A program made the position numbers and the translations under genes. From Prevotella sp. (GTDB lineage Bacteria; Bacteroidota; Bacteroidia; Bacteroidales; Dysgonomonadaceae), in NCBI GenBank assembly GCA_031285625.1, contig JAITVV010000006.1, positions 1-64,000 on the forward strand: DNA of 64,000 nt, read 5' to 3'. The notes below the pieces were generated by a model. That model was not told the origin of the DNA. It saw only the letters and a program-made list of their open reading frames with translations, and searched no databases. This document shows positions 1 through 13,042 of the stretch, piece by piece (the first letter of the stretch is position 1; every line of letters starts with the position of its first letter).

Positions 1-1178
1 TCCATATCCCGGCTTATTTTCTGATTGGTTATCTTCGCATAAATCTGGGTGGTCTTTATATTCGTGTGTCCTAGTATGCGACTTACAGTTTCGATGGGTA
101 CGCCATGCGATAACAAAATGGTCGTTGCTGCACTGTGCCTACTGACATGGTAGGTCATTCGGGTCTTGATACCGCACTGTTCGCCTATCTTTTTCAGCTT
201 CTGATTGCAACAATTGTTGCTCGGAACAGGGAAAACAAGGTTACCCTTTGCCAAACCTTTATACTTTTCTATTATCCGTTTGGGAACGTCCAACAATCGG
301 ATATTGGAATCGGTGTTGGTCTTTTTCCTGCGGGTAATAATCCACAGGTTGCCGTCAAAGAATGTTTGCAGATTGTCGGTGGTAAGGCTTTTCACGTCCG
401 CATACGACAAGCCTGTGAACGTAGAAAAGACGAAAAGGTCTCGTACCAGCTCGTATGTTTTGTTTTTCATCGGAGTCTCTATCAGTGTTTGGATTTCTTC
501 CTCTGTGAGGTAGCCCCTGTCCACGTGTTCGGGACTGTTGATATATCCCGCAAAGGGATTGAACGGCAACAGTCCTGTGTTCCTCGCTATGGAGATGATA
601 TGCTTTAAGACTATCATATATCCCCATACGGTATTGGTACGGCATCCTTTCTCTGTACGCAGGAAATACTCAAAGTCATTGATGAAGCTAAGGCTAAGTT
701 CCTTGAGCGGTATATCTTCCCGATGATAGGTCAGGGGCAGGAACTCCCGGATGTGCTTGCAGACGGTACGGTAACGGGAGTATGTACCCTTTGCCCTGCT
801 GTACCCCACCTTCTTTTCAAACTCGGCATTGTGTTGCTCGAAGAGTTTCAGCAGGGTTTCCTGCTTTACACCGATACCAAGATAGGCGTTTTTCAGTTTC
901 TCGGCGGTAACATAGCCGTCCGCCTGCATCAGTTCCTGATAACGGCGGTTTACATCTACACGTATTCTGTCGATGGCGAGATTGATTTTCTGTGCCTCCG
1001 TACTCTTTCCCGATGCCCGGTTGTTCTTTACATCCCACAGGCGGAGCGGAATATCCGTCTTGCAACTGAACTGTTTAACCTCGCCGTCCACAGTCACCCG
1101 GCACATTAAAGGCAGGTTTCCGTTGGGCTTCTCGCTGCCTTTCTTCACATAAAATAAGACCTTGAATGTTGACCTCAT
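1..1178 (-). CDS. Tyrosine site-specific integrase (IntDOT-like, Arm-DNA-binding + SAM-like + catalytic domains); 3' end runs off the window
   Basis: Manual translation from the ATG at 1178: MRSTFKVLFYVKKGSEKPNGNLPLMCRVTVDG...RDLFVFSTFTGLSYADV...RRKKT...YHVSRHSAATT...ILGHTNIKTTQIYAKIT, with no stop in the window. Absent from the ORF track. HxxR, LGH and catalytic Y are present. Confidence 0.93.
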   Translation of the reverse strand, partial: MRSTFKVLFYVKKGSEKPNGNLPLMCRVTVDGEVKQFSCKTDIPLRLWDVKNNRASGKSTEAQKINLAIDRIRVDVNRRYQELMQADGYVTAEKLKNAYLGIGVKQETLLKLFEQHNAEFEKKVGYSRAKGTYSRYRTVCKHIREFLPLTYHREDIPLKELSLSFINDFEYFLRTEKGCRTNTVWGYMIVLKHIISIARNTGLLPFNPFAGYINSPEHVDRGYLTEEEIQTLIETPMKNKTYELVRDLFVFSTFTGLSYADVKSLTTDNLQTFFDGNLWIITRRKKTNTDSNIRLLDVPKRIIEKYKGLAKGNLVFPVPSNNCCNQKLKKIGEQCGIKTRMTYHVSRHSAATTILLSHGVPIETVSRILGHTNIKTTQIYAKITNQKISRDM

Positions 1179-1460
1179 AACTCAATGTTTTTTTGATTAC
1201 AAAATTAGTTGTCATTGAGTTATAAGACGGTATGCAAATTTACGCAAACCACTGAATAAGAATCGTGTAGCAAAATTATTCCGCTCTACTCCAAGTAACG
1301 GGATAGTAACGTATCTCTTGCTTTACTCTGCCGAAATATGGTTTTTCATGGATAACCATACAAAGCAAAACAGAGCGTAACGAACACTCTGTCAGTTAAT
1401 TCGCCACGCTCTGCTGATTCCTGCTTTTTTATTGGAAGTTTATTTTAGTTTTCCATAAAA
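1..1460. mobile_element. End of an integrative (conjugative/mobilisable transposon-like) element; boundary approximate
   Basis: Integrase is visibly more GC-rich than the flanking DNA. GTAACG repeats (1295, 1306, 1377) and a CAGAGCGT/ACGCTCTG inverted repeat (1371-1413) lie upstream of int. Sequence reverts to AT-rich host-like DNA at ~1430-1500. Confidence 0.65.
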
Positions 1461-1504
1461 TGATACTATCGGCTGCAATTCACATATATTAACTGTATTT
1501 AGTT

Positions 1505-1555
1505 AAAAGGTGACAAAAGTAACAAGTTTCGCATGCTTTTTATTGTTACTTTTTT
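1505..1555 (+). repeat. GTRAC dispersed repeat, copy 1
   Basis: AAAAGGTGACAAAAGTAACA-N19-TGTTACTTTTTT. Confidence 0.75.
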
Positions 1556-1662
1556 AAGAAGCGATGAGAATAAAATGTTCATAAAGATTCTTTACCTATC
1601 TATTTTCTCTCTCAATTAAAAAATAGTATAGAGTATATATTTAGATAAAATTTAGATATAAA

Positions 1663-4035
1663 TTATGGTATAATAGGGTTTAAATCTGTAATGTTTTCCT
1701 CAAAAGAATTCAGTTTATCCTTTTCGCCCGCTAACCATATAATATCTCCCTCCTCAAACATGAAACTAGGAGTAAAATTTATAATAGATTCTTCTCCGCG
1801 GTCTATACCAATAACCATACATTCGGTCTTTTCGCGAATGCCCGCTCCTGCAATAGTCTCTCCAATCAATGGACATTCCGGTTCGATAAGGAACTGAGAC
1901 AGACTTATATGATATTGGGCTTCTTCTTCCATATGAGAGGCTTGTTCTCTCTTATCTTCCAAATATTGGGAAAGTTTTTGCATTTCCTCATCAGATCCCG
2001 AAACAACAAGTTTATCGAAAGGGTATATGCGATCATTACCATCCGGTATATTTATTTTCTTACTACCCCTTATGATAGTTACAATATTTACTCCTGTTTT
2101 TTGTCTGAAATTTAGCTCTCTCAGAGTTTTTCCAATACTTGGTGAAGACTGGGAAATTTCAAATTCCTCGATATGGATATTCTTAGACCGTAAGTCATTA
2201 GCAACTGTAGGCAATATAGCTGCTTTCTTTTCATCCAGTTTCTGTTTCAAATTCAGATTCTCCAGAAAACGAGCCTCTATTCTACGTGATTGCGTTTTAA
2301 ATCCTTGAGAGAATATTATCAATGTTACCACTATCAGTGATATGATAACCATTAATACTGTCAATCTTGGGAATAACGGAATAAGCACCATTAATACTAA
2401 CGTAATACAGATTATTATACGGAAGACTATAAGGGAAATTAAAGCGCCTCTGTTAAGCCTGTTATCTTTCCACAAGTTTTTAAACTCTTCCGAACGGTTT
2501 TTCTTCATCATAATAGCTCGCAGGAAAGGAGCCATCAATGTTAACGTTATTGCCGCTGCTAATATTGGTCCCCAAATACTTCCCGGAACATATTCAACAA
2601 TATATGGATTAATGAAATTTTGGAATACAAGTAATATTGCAATTGAAATAGTAAAATAAATAGCAACAAGGCTTAGAATACTTTTTAATAGCTTTTTCCA
2701 GTCATTTTGCTTGTTTACTGTATTATAGCCTGAAGCACTATAACCATCTATCAATTTACTCCATTTGTCAGGAACACGTTTTGCCAGCCAGTCGTAAGCC
2801 GGCTCGGAATATTTTATGCAGTATGGTGTAGTAAATGTAGTAACTACAGATACTGCGACAATTATAGGATAAAGTGTTTCAGATATAACGCCTAGACTAA
2901 CACCTAATGTAGCAATAATAAAGGAGAACTCACCGATCTGTGCCAAGCTGAGCCCCGACTGAACAGCGACTTTGAGGCCTTCTCCCGATGCTAGTACTCC
3001 TATTGCAGCAAAGAAAGGCCTTCCGATAAGTATCACTAATGTGAGAATAAGAATTAGCACTCCATAATCAATAATAACCACCGGATCGATCATCATACCC
3101 ACTGAAACAAAGAATACGGCACCAAATAAATTTTTCAATGGCTCCATCAGATGTTCTATATGTTTTGATTCTACTGTTTCGGCTAGTATAGATCCCATGA
3201 TAAACGCTCCTAATGCAGCTGAAAATCCTACAGCCGTAGCAAAATATACCATACCAAGGCAAAGTCCGATAGCAACAATAAGAAGAGTTTCATCATTCAG
3301 ATACTTCTTCAGCTTTTTCAGCATGGTTGGAATCATATAAATACCAACAACAAACCAAATTAACATAAAGAACAAAAGCTTGACAATGCTATTTGCCAAC
3401 TCACCTCCTTCGAAATGCCGGCTGACAGCAAATGTAGAAAGTAATACCATCATTACAATTGCTGCTAAATCTTCCACGATAAGCATACCAAATACAATAC
3501 CTGCAAATTTCTTTTTTTGCAGTCCCATATCATTAAACGCCTTTATAATAATGGTAGTGGAAGACATAGACAACATACATCCCAGATATATACTGTCCAT
3601 CGAGGTCCAGCCCTCAATTAGGTTTGAAATAAAAATTTGTCCGGCCAGATAACCTATTATTATCATCGATCCCAGATTAATAAGGGTAGCAATAGATGCT
3701 TTTCCTCCTACATCCATCAACTTTTTAAAGCTGAATTCCAGTCCAAGAGCGAATAAAAGAAATATAACCCCGATCTCAGCCCATATACTGACATTACCCA
3801 TATCGGATATTTCAGGCAGAACGCGGAAAATATTGGAAACCTGTTGTTCTGAAGCTCCGGATATATCAAGTACAAGTTTTTCTACAAAATTTTTAAAATG
3901 CAAACTTGCTAAAAAACCAGCAACAATATAACCCAGAACTACAGGCTGCTTTAGCCATTTGAATATAATCGTTATTACTCCGGCCGTTATTAATATAATT
4001 GCCAGATCACTTATAAAATCAGGTAAATGCGCCAT
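1663..4035 (-). CDS. CPA2-family cation:proton antiporter with two C-terminal TrkA-C (RCK-C) domains
   Basis: Many TM helices; GVIFLLFALGLEFS, LSMSSTTIIIK, LIVEDL and LAQIGEFSFII motifs; C-terminal SIGKTLRELNFRQKTGVNIVTIIRG and a second similar repeat. Confidence 0.9.
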   Translation of the reverse strand: MAHLPDFISDLAIILITAGVITIIFKWLKQPVVLGYIVAGFLASLHFKNFVEKLVLDISGASEQQVSNIFRVLPEISDMGNVSIWAEIGVIFLLFALGLEFSFKKLMDVGGKASIATLINLGSMIIIGYLAGQIFISNLIEGWTSMDSIYLGCMLSMSSTTIIIKAFNDMGLQKKKFAGIVFGMLIVEDLAAIVMMVLLSTFAVSRHFEGGELANSIVKLLFFMLIWFVVGIYMIPTMLKKLKKYLNDETLLIVAIGLCLGMVYFATAVGFSAALGAFIMGSILAETVESKHIEHLMEPLKNLFGAVFFVSVGMMIDPVVIIDYGVLILILTLVILIGRPFFAAIGVLASGEGLKVAVQSGLSLAQIGEFSFIIATLGVSLGVISETLYPIIVAVSVVTTFTTPYCIKYSEPAYDWLAKRVPDKWSKLIDGYSASGYNTVNKQNDWKKLLKSILSLVAIYFTISIAILLVFQNFINPYIVEYVPGSIWGPILAAAITLTLMAPFLRAIMMKKNRSEEFKNLWKDNRLNRGALISLIVFRIIICITLVLMVLIPLFPRLTVLMVIISLIVVTLIIFSQGFKTQSRRIEARFLENLNLKQKLDEKKAAILPTVANDLRSKNIHIEEFEISQSSPSIGKTLRELNFRQKTGVNIVTIIRGSKKINIPDGNDRIYPFDKLVVSGSDEEMQKLSQYLEDKREQASHMEEEAQYHISLSQFLIEPECPLIGETIAGAGIREKTECMVIGIDRGEESIINFTPSFMFEEGDIIWLAGEKDKLNSFEENITDLNPIIP

Positions 4036-4222
4036 ATAATTTTATTTACTAAAATATGTTTAAGTATGTTTCTATATATTGTTGTGTATCCTTGTTATAC
4101 CACATAACAAGCTTGTGGATTTTGATGCCTAAAATTATCAAAAAAAAATGATTTATGAAAATTTATTGTCAAAAAGTAAACCAGTACACGTTTTCTTTTC
4201 TTTTATTTATTTTATCATTTTT

Positions 4223-4254
4223 TTTGTATCAATAGTATATTTATAATATCTTTG
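4223..4254 (+). promoter_or_regulatory. Bacteroidota primary-sigma promoter for the ompA-like gene
   Basis: TTTG (4223-4226)-N20-TATCTTTG (4247-4254) matches the -33/-7 consensus; a short CATCTTTTT/AAAAAGATG hairpin follows. Confidence 0.75.
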
Positions 4255-4354
4255 GCCCATCTTTTTATGTTAAAAAAGATGCAACTTATATGTCAAAACT
4301 GAACAATGTATAAAACGAATTGTTCTATATGATGAAACTTAAAAAAAGCACAAG

Positions 4355-5527
4355 ATGAAAAAATTAACATTAATTATTGCAACAGCATTCCTAGCTGTTA
4401 CATCTGGTTATGCCCAAGAAAAGGCTTATGAACCAACTAAGTTTTGGGATCATTGGTTTTTTCAAGCTCAGGTTGGAGGTTCATACACTATTAGTGAATT
4501 CCACAGCGAAGCTTCATTTGGCGACCTGATTACTCCTCATGTAGCACTTTCTGCAGGTAAGTATTTCTCACCAGTAGCAGGAGCAAGATTTCAAGTTGGT
4601 GGCTGGTCTTCAAAAAACTATTATGAGTACACAGTCAGTACACAGAAAAAAGATGGAACATATAAAATAAATTATATCCAGACCAGCCTTGACGGATTAC
4701 TTAATTTAACAAATCTATTCATGCCTTATAGCCCTGAAAGAGGCTTTAACTTGATTGGTATTGCTGGTATTGGTTATGCACATGGATTCAGTAAAGATGA
4801 TGTGGATGGTATGGGTAAAATAAGTAGAACTAATAGTATCGTTCCTCGTATAGGTTTACAAGGTGATTTCCGTATTAATGAAGCTGTTAACCTAAACTTA
4901 GAAGTTATGGGAAATCTTTACCCTGATGGCTTCAATGGAATCAGTAAAGGTAAAAAATATGATGGTATCGTAAATGCTATGGTAGGTCTTACTTATAACT
5001 TTACTCGCGGTGGATTTAAAACTGTAGATGCTGCAGATCCTGCTGCAATGAAAGCTTTAAATGACAGAGTTAACGAACAAAGATCTCAACTAGCTAATAA
5101 AGATTCTGAAATCAGCAGATTGAAAGACGAATTAGCTAGAAAACCAGAACCTCAGGTTGTAGTTGAAAAAACTAAAGAAATCAAAGAACAAACTGAAGTG
5201 TTAATGAATGCAGTTGTTGTATTCCGTATCGGTAGCGCCAAACTTGAGCAAAACCAGGATATCAACATCTTTAATGCTGCCCGTTATTTGAAAGATAATC
5301 CACAGGTAAACGTAATTGTTACCGGATATGCTGATAAGAGCACTGGTACAGCTGCAATCAACCAAAGACTTTCTGAACAACGCGCTGAAGCTGTAGCTAA
5401 AGTACTTATTGAAAAATATGGTATCGCAGCTAGCCGCATTACGAAAAAAGCTAGCGGAGACAAAGAACAACTATTCCCTACAGACCAATGGAATCGTGTA
5501 GTTGTGTTTACTGCTGTTACTAAATAA
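4355..5527 (+). CDS. OmpA-family outer membrane protein
   Basis: Signal peptide, beta-barrel N-domain, coiled linker, C-terminal OmpA domain (VTGYADKSTG...NQRLSEQRAEAV...WNRVV). Confidence 0.92.
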   Translation: MKKLTLIIATAFLAVTSGYAQEKAYEPTKFWDHWFFQAQVGGSYTISEFHSEASFGDLITPHVALSAGKYFSPVAGARFQVGGWSSKNYYEYTVSTQKKDGTYKINYIQTSLDGLLNLTNLFMPYSPERGFNLIGIAGIGYAHGFSKDDVDGMGKISRTNSIVPRIGLQGDFRINEAVNLNLEVMGNLYPDGFNGISKGKKYDGIVNAMVGLTYNFTRGGFKTVDAADPAAMKALNDRVNEQRSQLANKDSEISRLKDELARKPEPQVVVEKTKEIKEQTEVLMNAVVVFRIGSAKLEQNQDINIFNAARYLKDNPQVNVIVTGYADKSTGTAAINQRLSEQRAEAVAKVLIEKYGIAASRITKKASGDKEQLFPTDQWNRVVVFTAVTK

Positions 5528-5546
5528 AAATAGTAATACTCAAAAT

Positions 5547-5584
5547 AAAATAAGGATACCTAATTTTAGGTATCCTTATTTTTT
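5547..5584. terminator. Bidirectional intrinsic terminator
   Basis: AAAATAAGGATACCTAA/TTAGGTATCCTTATTTT hairpin between convergent genes. Confidence 0.85.
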
Positions 5585-5601
5585 ATATTGATTATTCGCC
5601 T

Positions 5602-6000
5602 TTATTTAATCTGTTTTTCAGCTAATAGTTTATCATCTCTATCAATATGTGTTATATCTTCAGCTTTGTTCCATCTATTGTTTAGCTTGTCCCAGCTGTT
5701 ATAAACAATGATTGATAATTGATTATCATTATTATATCCATACTCATACAGTTGCGATCCTATCCATCCTTTTTCGGCATTCCAGATATAAGATGTCTTG
5801 CTCATTCTGTTCCCGCTTCCATCATATTGATATATAGTCTTTGATAAAGCTATCGATTCTGCATTATCATACACTATATATTCTTTTGTAAAAGTTTCTT
5901 CATTATGATTACTAAATACAGTTAGATTATTGTTTTGTGAAAACATATTGATTGTTACTAAAAAAGAAACAAGAGCTGTGATTAAACCAGTTGCATTCAT
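5602..6000 (-). CDS. Small secreted DUF3836-like protein (paralog A; alternative start 6027)
   Basis: Signal peptide; KEY..., KTIYQYD...NR, W...W...YEYGYN...W motifs shared with three paralogs. Confidence 0.7.
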   Translation of the reverse strand: MNATGLITALVSFLVTINMFSQNNNLTVFSNHNEETFTKEYIVYDNAESIALSKTIYQYDGSGNRMSKTSYIWNAEKGWIGSQLYEYGYNNDNQLSIIVYNSWDKLNNRWNKAEDITHIDRDDKLLAEKQIK

Positions 6001-6084
6001 AATTGTAATTTTTATATTGTTAAACATTTATTACTTTGATGAAACAAAGCTAGTCTTAACTTATCGCAAACTATGTTTCCATTT

Positions 6085-6111
6085 TGCTATCTAGTGTTAC
6101 CGAGTGTTATC
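6085..6111. promoter_or_regulatory. Three 10-bp-phased direct repeats upstream of a TAGCTTTG -7 box (6045-6052, minus strand)
   Basis: TGCTATC / TGTTACC / TGTTATC at 6085, 6095, 6105. Confidence 0.45.
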
Positions 6112-6114
6112 AAC

Positions 6115-6148
6115 AAAAAAAAATCCTGCTTTATTACAAAGCAGGATC
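6115..6148 (-). terminator. Intrinsic terminator of paralog B
   Basis: ATCCTGCTTT/AAAGCAGGAT stem with an A-run on + (U-tail on -). Confidence 0.8.
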
Positions 6149-6169
6149 TTAGTAATCACCACATCTAAT

Positions 6170-6571
6170 CTAATCTCTGGAAGTATTCCTTTTTACAACC
6201 ATATATCTTTCGGTATTATTATATAAGTATACCAACATTTCAGATTCATTATTCCATCTTCTTGCTCTTTTATCCCATTTTGTATAGACAATATTAGCTA
6301 TTTTATTAGCACTGTCATACTGATACTCATGCATTTGAATAGGTATCCACTCACTATCCTTATTTTGTTTGTAAGAAATCTGACGAATTCTATTTCCAAG
6401 ATCGTCATATTTGTATTCTGTTTTCCATGTTATTTTGCTTTTTTTATCGTAAGTATGGTATTCACGACTACGTTCATTTTCTATTTTTGCCGTTCTTCCA
6501 CTATTCTGTGCATAAATACCGATTGATATAAGGGAAATAATTATGGTTAATATTAATTTCTTTGTTTTCAT
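6170..6571 (-). CDS. Small secreted DUF3836-like protein (paralog B)
   Basis: Signal peptide ending AQN; KTEYKYDDLGNR...W...HEYQYD...YTKWD...W. Confidence 0.75.
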   Translation of the reverse strand: MKTKKLILTIIISLISIGIYAQNSGRTAKIENERSREYHTYDKKSKITWKTEYKYDDLGNRIRQISYKQNKDSEWIPIQMHEYQYDSANKIANIVYTKWDKRARRWNNESEMLVYLYNNTERYMVVKRNTSRD

Positions 6572-6620
6572 GACTGTAGTTTTTATGATTGTTTATATTT
6601 TTAATTACTATCTTACTATA

Positions 6621-6636
6621 TTCAATCATTGTGCCA
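6621..6636 (-). promoter_or_regulatory. Sigma-54 (-24/-12) promoter
   Basis: Minus strand reads TGGCAC-AATGA-TTGAA, matching TGGCAC-N5-TTGC with C->A at -12, ~50 nt upstream of the 6571 ATG. Confidence 0.65.
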
Positions 6637-6691
6637 CGATGATTAAATAATTAATAAACAGTATATTATAAGTATAACGTAAATGTATTTG

Positions 6692-6726
6692 TGTTCGTAA
6701 ACGGACAGACTGTACGAAAAAGTCCA
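6692..6726. promoter_or_regulatory. Candidate bacterial enhancer (bEBP UAS) pair
   Basis: TGTTCG-TAAA-CGGACA (6692-6707) plus a degenerate TGTACG-AAAA-AGTCCA (6711-6726), separated from the sigma-54 site by an AT-rich spacer. Confidence 0.55.
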
Positions 6727-6764
6727 GTTATTGAACCGGGCCTTCTGTTCAGAAATTATTGGTC

Positions 6765-7199
6765 TTATCTTTTTGAGATAAATTTATACTTACTATCAAT
6801 TTGGATTTTAGTAACAGATAAAAAGTCTCCATTTTTATCATACGAATGAAGAATTAAATCTGAGGTATTCTCCCAATCTTTTACTTTATCGTTCCATTTT
6901 GTAAATACAATATATAGAGGCTTTTTGTCGCTATTATAGGTATATTCATATTTCTTAGAGTCTACCCATTGTCCTTTTTTAAAAATATAACTATTTCTTT
7001 TTACCCTATTGTTGTCTTCATTGTATTCATATACGGTTCTATACAATGGATTCTTATTGTTCTTGTCGTAAACAATGTATTCTTTAGTATGATTATTGTC
7101 ATCCACACTAACAGTCTTCACTATGTTATTCTCTTGTGCAAAAAGAGCGATTGATGAAAAAAATAATATACATATTGTAATTAAAACCTTTGTTTTCAT
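6765..7199 (-). CDS. Small secreted DUF3836-like protein (paralog C)
   Basis: Signal peptide ending AQE; TKEYIVYD, RTVYEYNEDNNR, KKYEYTYNSD, FTKWND motifs. Confidence 0.75.
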   Translation of the reverse strand: MKTKVLITICILFFSSIALFAQENNIVKTVSVDDNNHTKEYIVYDKNNKNPLYRTVYEYNEDNNRVKRNSYIFKKGQWVDSKKYEYTYNSDKKPLYIVFTKWNDKVKDWENTSDLILHSYDKNGDFLSVTKIQIDSKYKFISKR

Positions 7200-7257
7200 A
7201 ATTGTAATTTTTAATACAGACTTTATTAATAATAATTTATCAGCGCTTTATAAGTAT

Positions 7258-7283
7258 GACGTATTATTAGATAATATGTTACA
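7258..7283 (-). promoter_or_regulatory. ECF-sigma-type promoter
   Basis: Minus strand TGTAAC-N16-CGTC upstream of paralog C. Confidence 0.55.
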
Positions 7284-7296
7284 ATAATTATATAAA

Positions 7297-7330
7297 ATAA
7301 AAAATCCTGCATACATGTGTGTGCAGGACT
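7297..7330 (-). terminator. Intrinsic terminator after the fucP-like gene
   Basis: TCCTGCATAC/GTGTGCAGGA stem with an A-run on +. Confidence 0.75.
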
Positions 7331-7352
7331 CTTACTTATTTGATATCTGTAA

Positions 7353-8678
7353 TTACTTGGTTTTACTACCTACAAAACCATAGAATGAAATATAAAGAAA
7401 ACAAATCAGAGGAATTATAAATCCGAGGTTCATACTATTTTCACCGATAAGACCCATCAGAACAGGAGCTATAGCGCCACCAACAATAGTAAGTACTAAT
7501 ATTGATGAGGCAGTCTTCGTCTTATCTCCCAAGCCCCTCAGCCCGAGGGCAAATATGGATGGGAACATAATGGACATAAACAGATAGCAGGATATCAGGG
7601 CAATAATACCAAACCGATTATGATTCATTATAACAAACAACATAAGTAAGGAATTTATGATAGCAAACAAACCAAGCAGAGATTCTGCTTTCACTCTTCG
7701 CATCACCATTCCCCCTGCAAAGCGACCTACAGCAAATAGTGTCATACTGCCTAAGCCAAGTAGTAATCCTGCCTGTAATTCGTTTAATTGCAATTCATTT
7801 ATCTCGACAGCATAATTGATGAAAAAACTATTTATTCCCGTTTGTGCTGCTACATACAGAAATTGAGCTATAACGGCCAATACAAAATGGCGTTGACGGA
7901 TCAAAGGGCGACTTATCGAGAGAGTATCCCCGTCGTTTACACTGTTATCCGATTTTATCTCCGGTAATTTGGTAAATAAAAATAGAACAAGCACTAAAAC
8001 AACCAATCCCCCAAGACCTACATAAGGTAATATCAGATTTGAATTATCGGTTTGAGTCTTTGCTATTTCCGTTATATCTTGTATAGCTGTATTAGCACCC
8101 AGAAACACTTTATCCAGAGCTTCGGCTAACAGTTCCAACATCGATTTATCGGATTCATTTCCAAAGATAAGTATCGAACCTACCAGAGGGCCAAGTATCC
8201 AACCTATGGCATTAAATGTTTGAGCCAGATTAATCCGGGTGGCAGCAGTTTCCGCGGGTCCCAGAACAGTGGTATAAGGATTAGCAACCGTTTCGAGGCA
8301 TGTGAGTCCACAAAATAGGATTAGTAAACCAAGTAAAAATGCCCAAAAAGTATTGATTTCAACTGCCGGTACAAACCAGAAGGCTCCTAATGCAAAAAGG
8401 ATTAAACCCACTATAATACCTGCTTTATATCCGAACTTCTTTGCTATAAATCCGGCAGGAAGAGCCATCAGAAAATATGCACCGTAGGCAGATGCCTGTA
8501 CTGCTGCTGATTCTGTTTTTGTCAGATCCAGTGAGTTCTGAAAATGCTTGTTTAATACATCAAGCAGACTGTGTGCGAATCCCCACATGAAGAACAGGCT
8601 GGTAACCAGGATGAATGGGAATAAGTAGTTCTGTCCGTAGTTCCCTGCAAACAGGGATTTTTGAGATTTATTTTTCAT
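7353..8678 (-). CDS. fucP: FucP-family MFS sugar:H+ symporter
   Basis: LFFMWGFAHSLLD, LETVANPY, RINLAQTFN, AQFLYVAAQ and MSIMFPSIF motifs; 12-TM pattern. Confidence 0.8.
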   Translation of the reverse strand: MKNKSQKSLFAGNYGQNYLFPFILVTSLFFMWGFAHSLLDVLNKHFQNSLDLTKTESAAVQASAYGAYFLMALPAGFIAKKFGYKAGIIVGLILFALGAFWFVPAVEINTFWAFLLGLLILFCGLTCLETVANPYTTVLGPAETAATRINLAQTFNAIGWILGPLVGSILIFGNESDKSMLELLAEALDKVFLGANTAIQDITEIAKTQTDNSNLILPYVGLGGLVVLVLVLFLFTKLPEIKSDNSVNDGDTLSISRPLIRQRHFVLAVIAQFLYVAAQTGINSFFINYAVEINELQLNELQAGLLLGLGSMTLFAVGRFAGGMVMRRVKAESLLGLFAIINSLLMLFVIMNHNRFGIIALISCYLFMSIMFPSIFALGLRGLGDKTKTASSILVLTIVGGAIAPVLMGLIGENSMNLGFIIPLICFLYISFYGFVGSKTK

Positions 8679-8737
8679 GTAACGATTCTATATTGTATAC
8701 AAAAAGTCTAAAGGTAATTTTTTAGAACAACATATCC

Positions 8738-9124
8738 TTACTCCAAAGCCTCTTTTAATGAAAATATACGTTCCATCAGGTGCCATTTTTCTTCTGATCG
8801 TTGTCCTTTTTCCCCTTCCTGAAATTTTGATACAAAATCTTCCCATTCAGCCTGTCTTTCATACGTAGCTAAACGCCCGAAGGCTTCATCCCAGTTAAAA
8901 TCGACAGGAGTATCAATCAACATAAAGGCCATATCATTGAATATATAGATTTCCATATTCAGTATGCCGGCTTTTCGAATACCTTCCGGAATTTCTTTCC
9001 ATATATTTTTACTGCTATGCCAATACTTATACTGCTCCAGAGTATTCGGGTTTAATTTTAGATATTGACAATATCGCTTTGTCTCGCCGGATGTTTTCTG
9101 AATATACCCTTCTTTTAGATTCAT
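8738..9124 (-). CDS. L-rhamnose/L-fucose mutarotase family (RhaM/DUF718)
   Basis: Y..WH...IW.EI..GIR..GI..MEIY and W..MERIF motifs; adjacent to fucP. Confidence 0.8.
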   Translation of the reverse strand: MNLKEGYIQKTSGETKRYCQYLKLNPNTLEQYKYWHSSKNIWKEIPEGIRKAGILNMEIYIFNDMAFMLIDTPVDFNWDEAFGRLATYERQAEWEDFVSKFQEGEKGQRSEEKWHLMERIFSLKEALE

Positions 9125-9288
9125 TATTTCAGACTAATAATTTATTAATTTACTCAAATTTAGTTTTTTATTAAATATTATCGCAAATATATGCTGAATA
9201 CGTTAAATTAAACTTTACAATTTGATAAATAAGGATTATCTTTAACACTTCAAAGAACACCTAAATGTCATAAAAAACCTAAAATTAA

Positions 9289-12873
<3,585 letters not shown>

Positions 12874-12893
12874 GTATTCTTTAATATATTATT

Positions 12894-12931
12894 GAAAGCG
12901 AAAAGAAATATTTCTTTTCGCTTTCTTTTTT
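12894..12931 (+). terminator. Intrinsic terminator
   Basis: GAAAGCGAAAAGAAA/TTTCTTTTCGCTTTC followed by a T-run. Confidence 0.85.
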
Positions 12932-13042
12932 GTTAAAAACTTCCGGGAGAATACCCTTCATCAAACAATATGTATAACAACTTGTTTATTCCATAACGAA
13001 CACTCACAAATTAGGTTAGTCACAAATAATTATATAAAACTT

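Noticed and set aside
135-1109. Several ORF-track ORFs (135-608, 205-513, 355-645, 538-726, 723-1109, 817-1065)
   Set aside because: Shadows of the minus-strand integrase reading frame; no recognisable motifs.
4081-4120. CTTGTTAT-N5-ATAACAAG palindrome and DnaA-box-like words upstream of the antiporter
   Set aside because: Single occurrence; the DnaA-like words have multiple mismatches and there is no oriC context.
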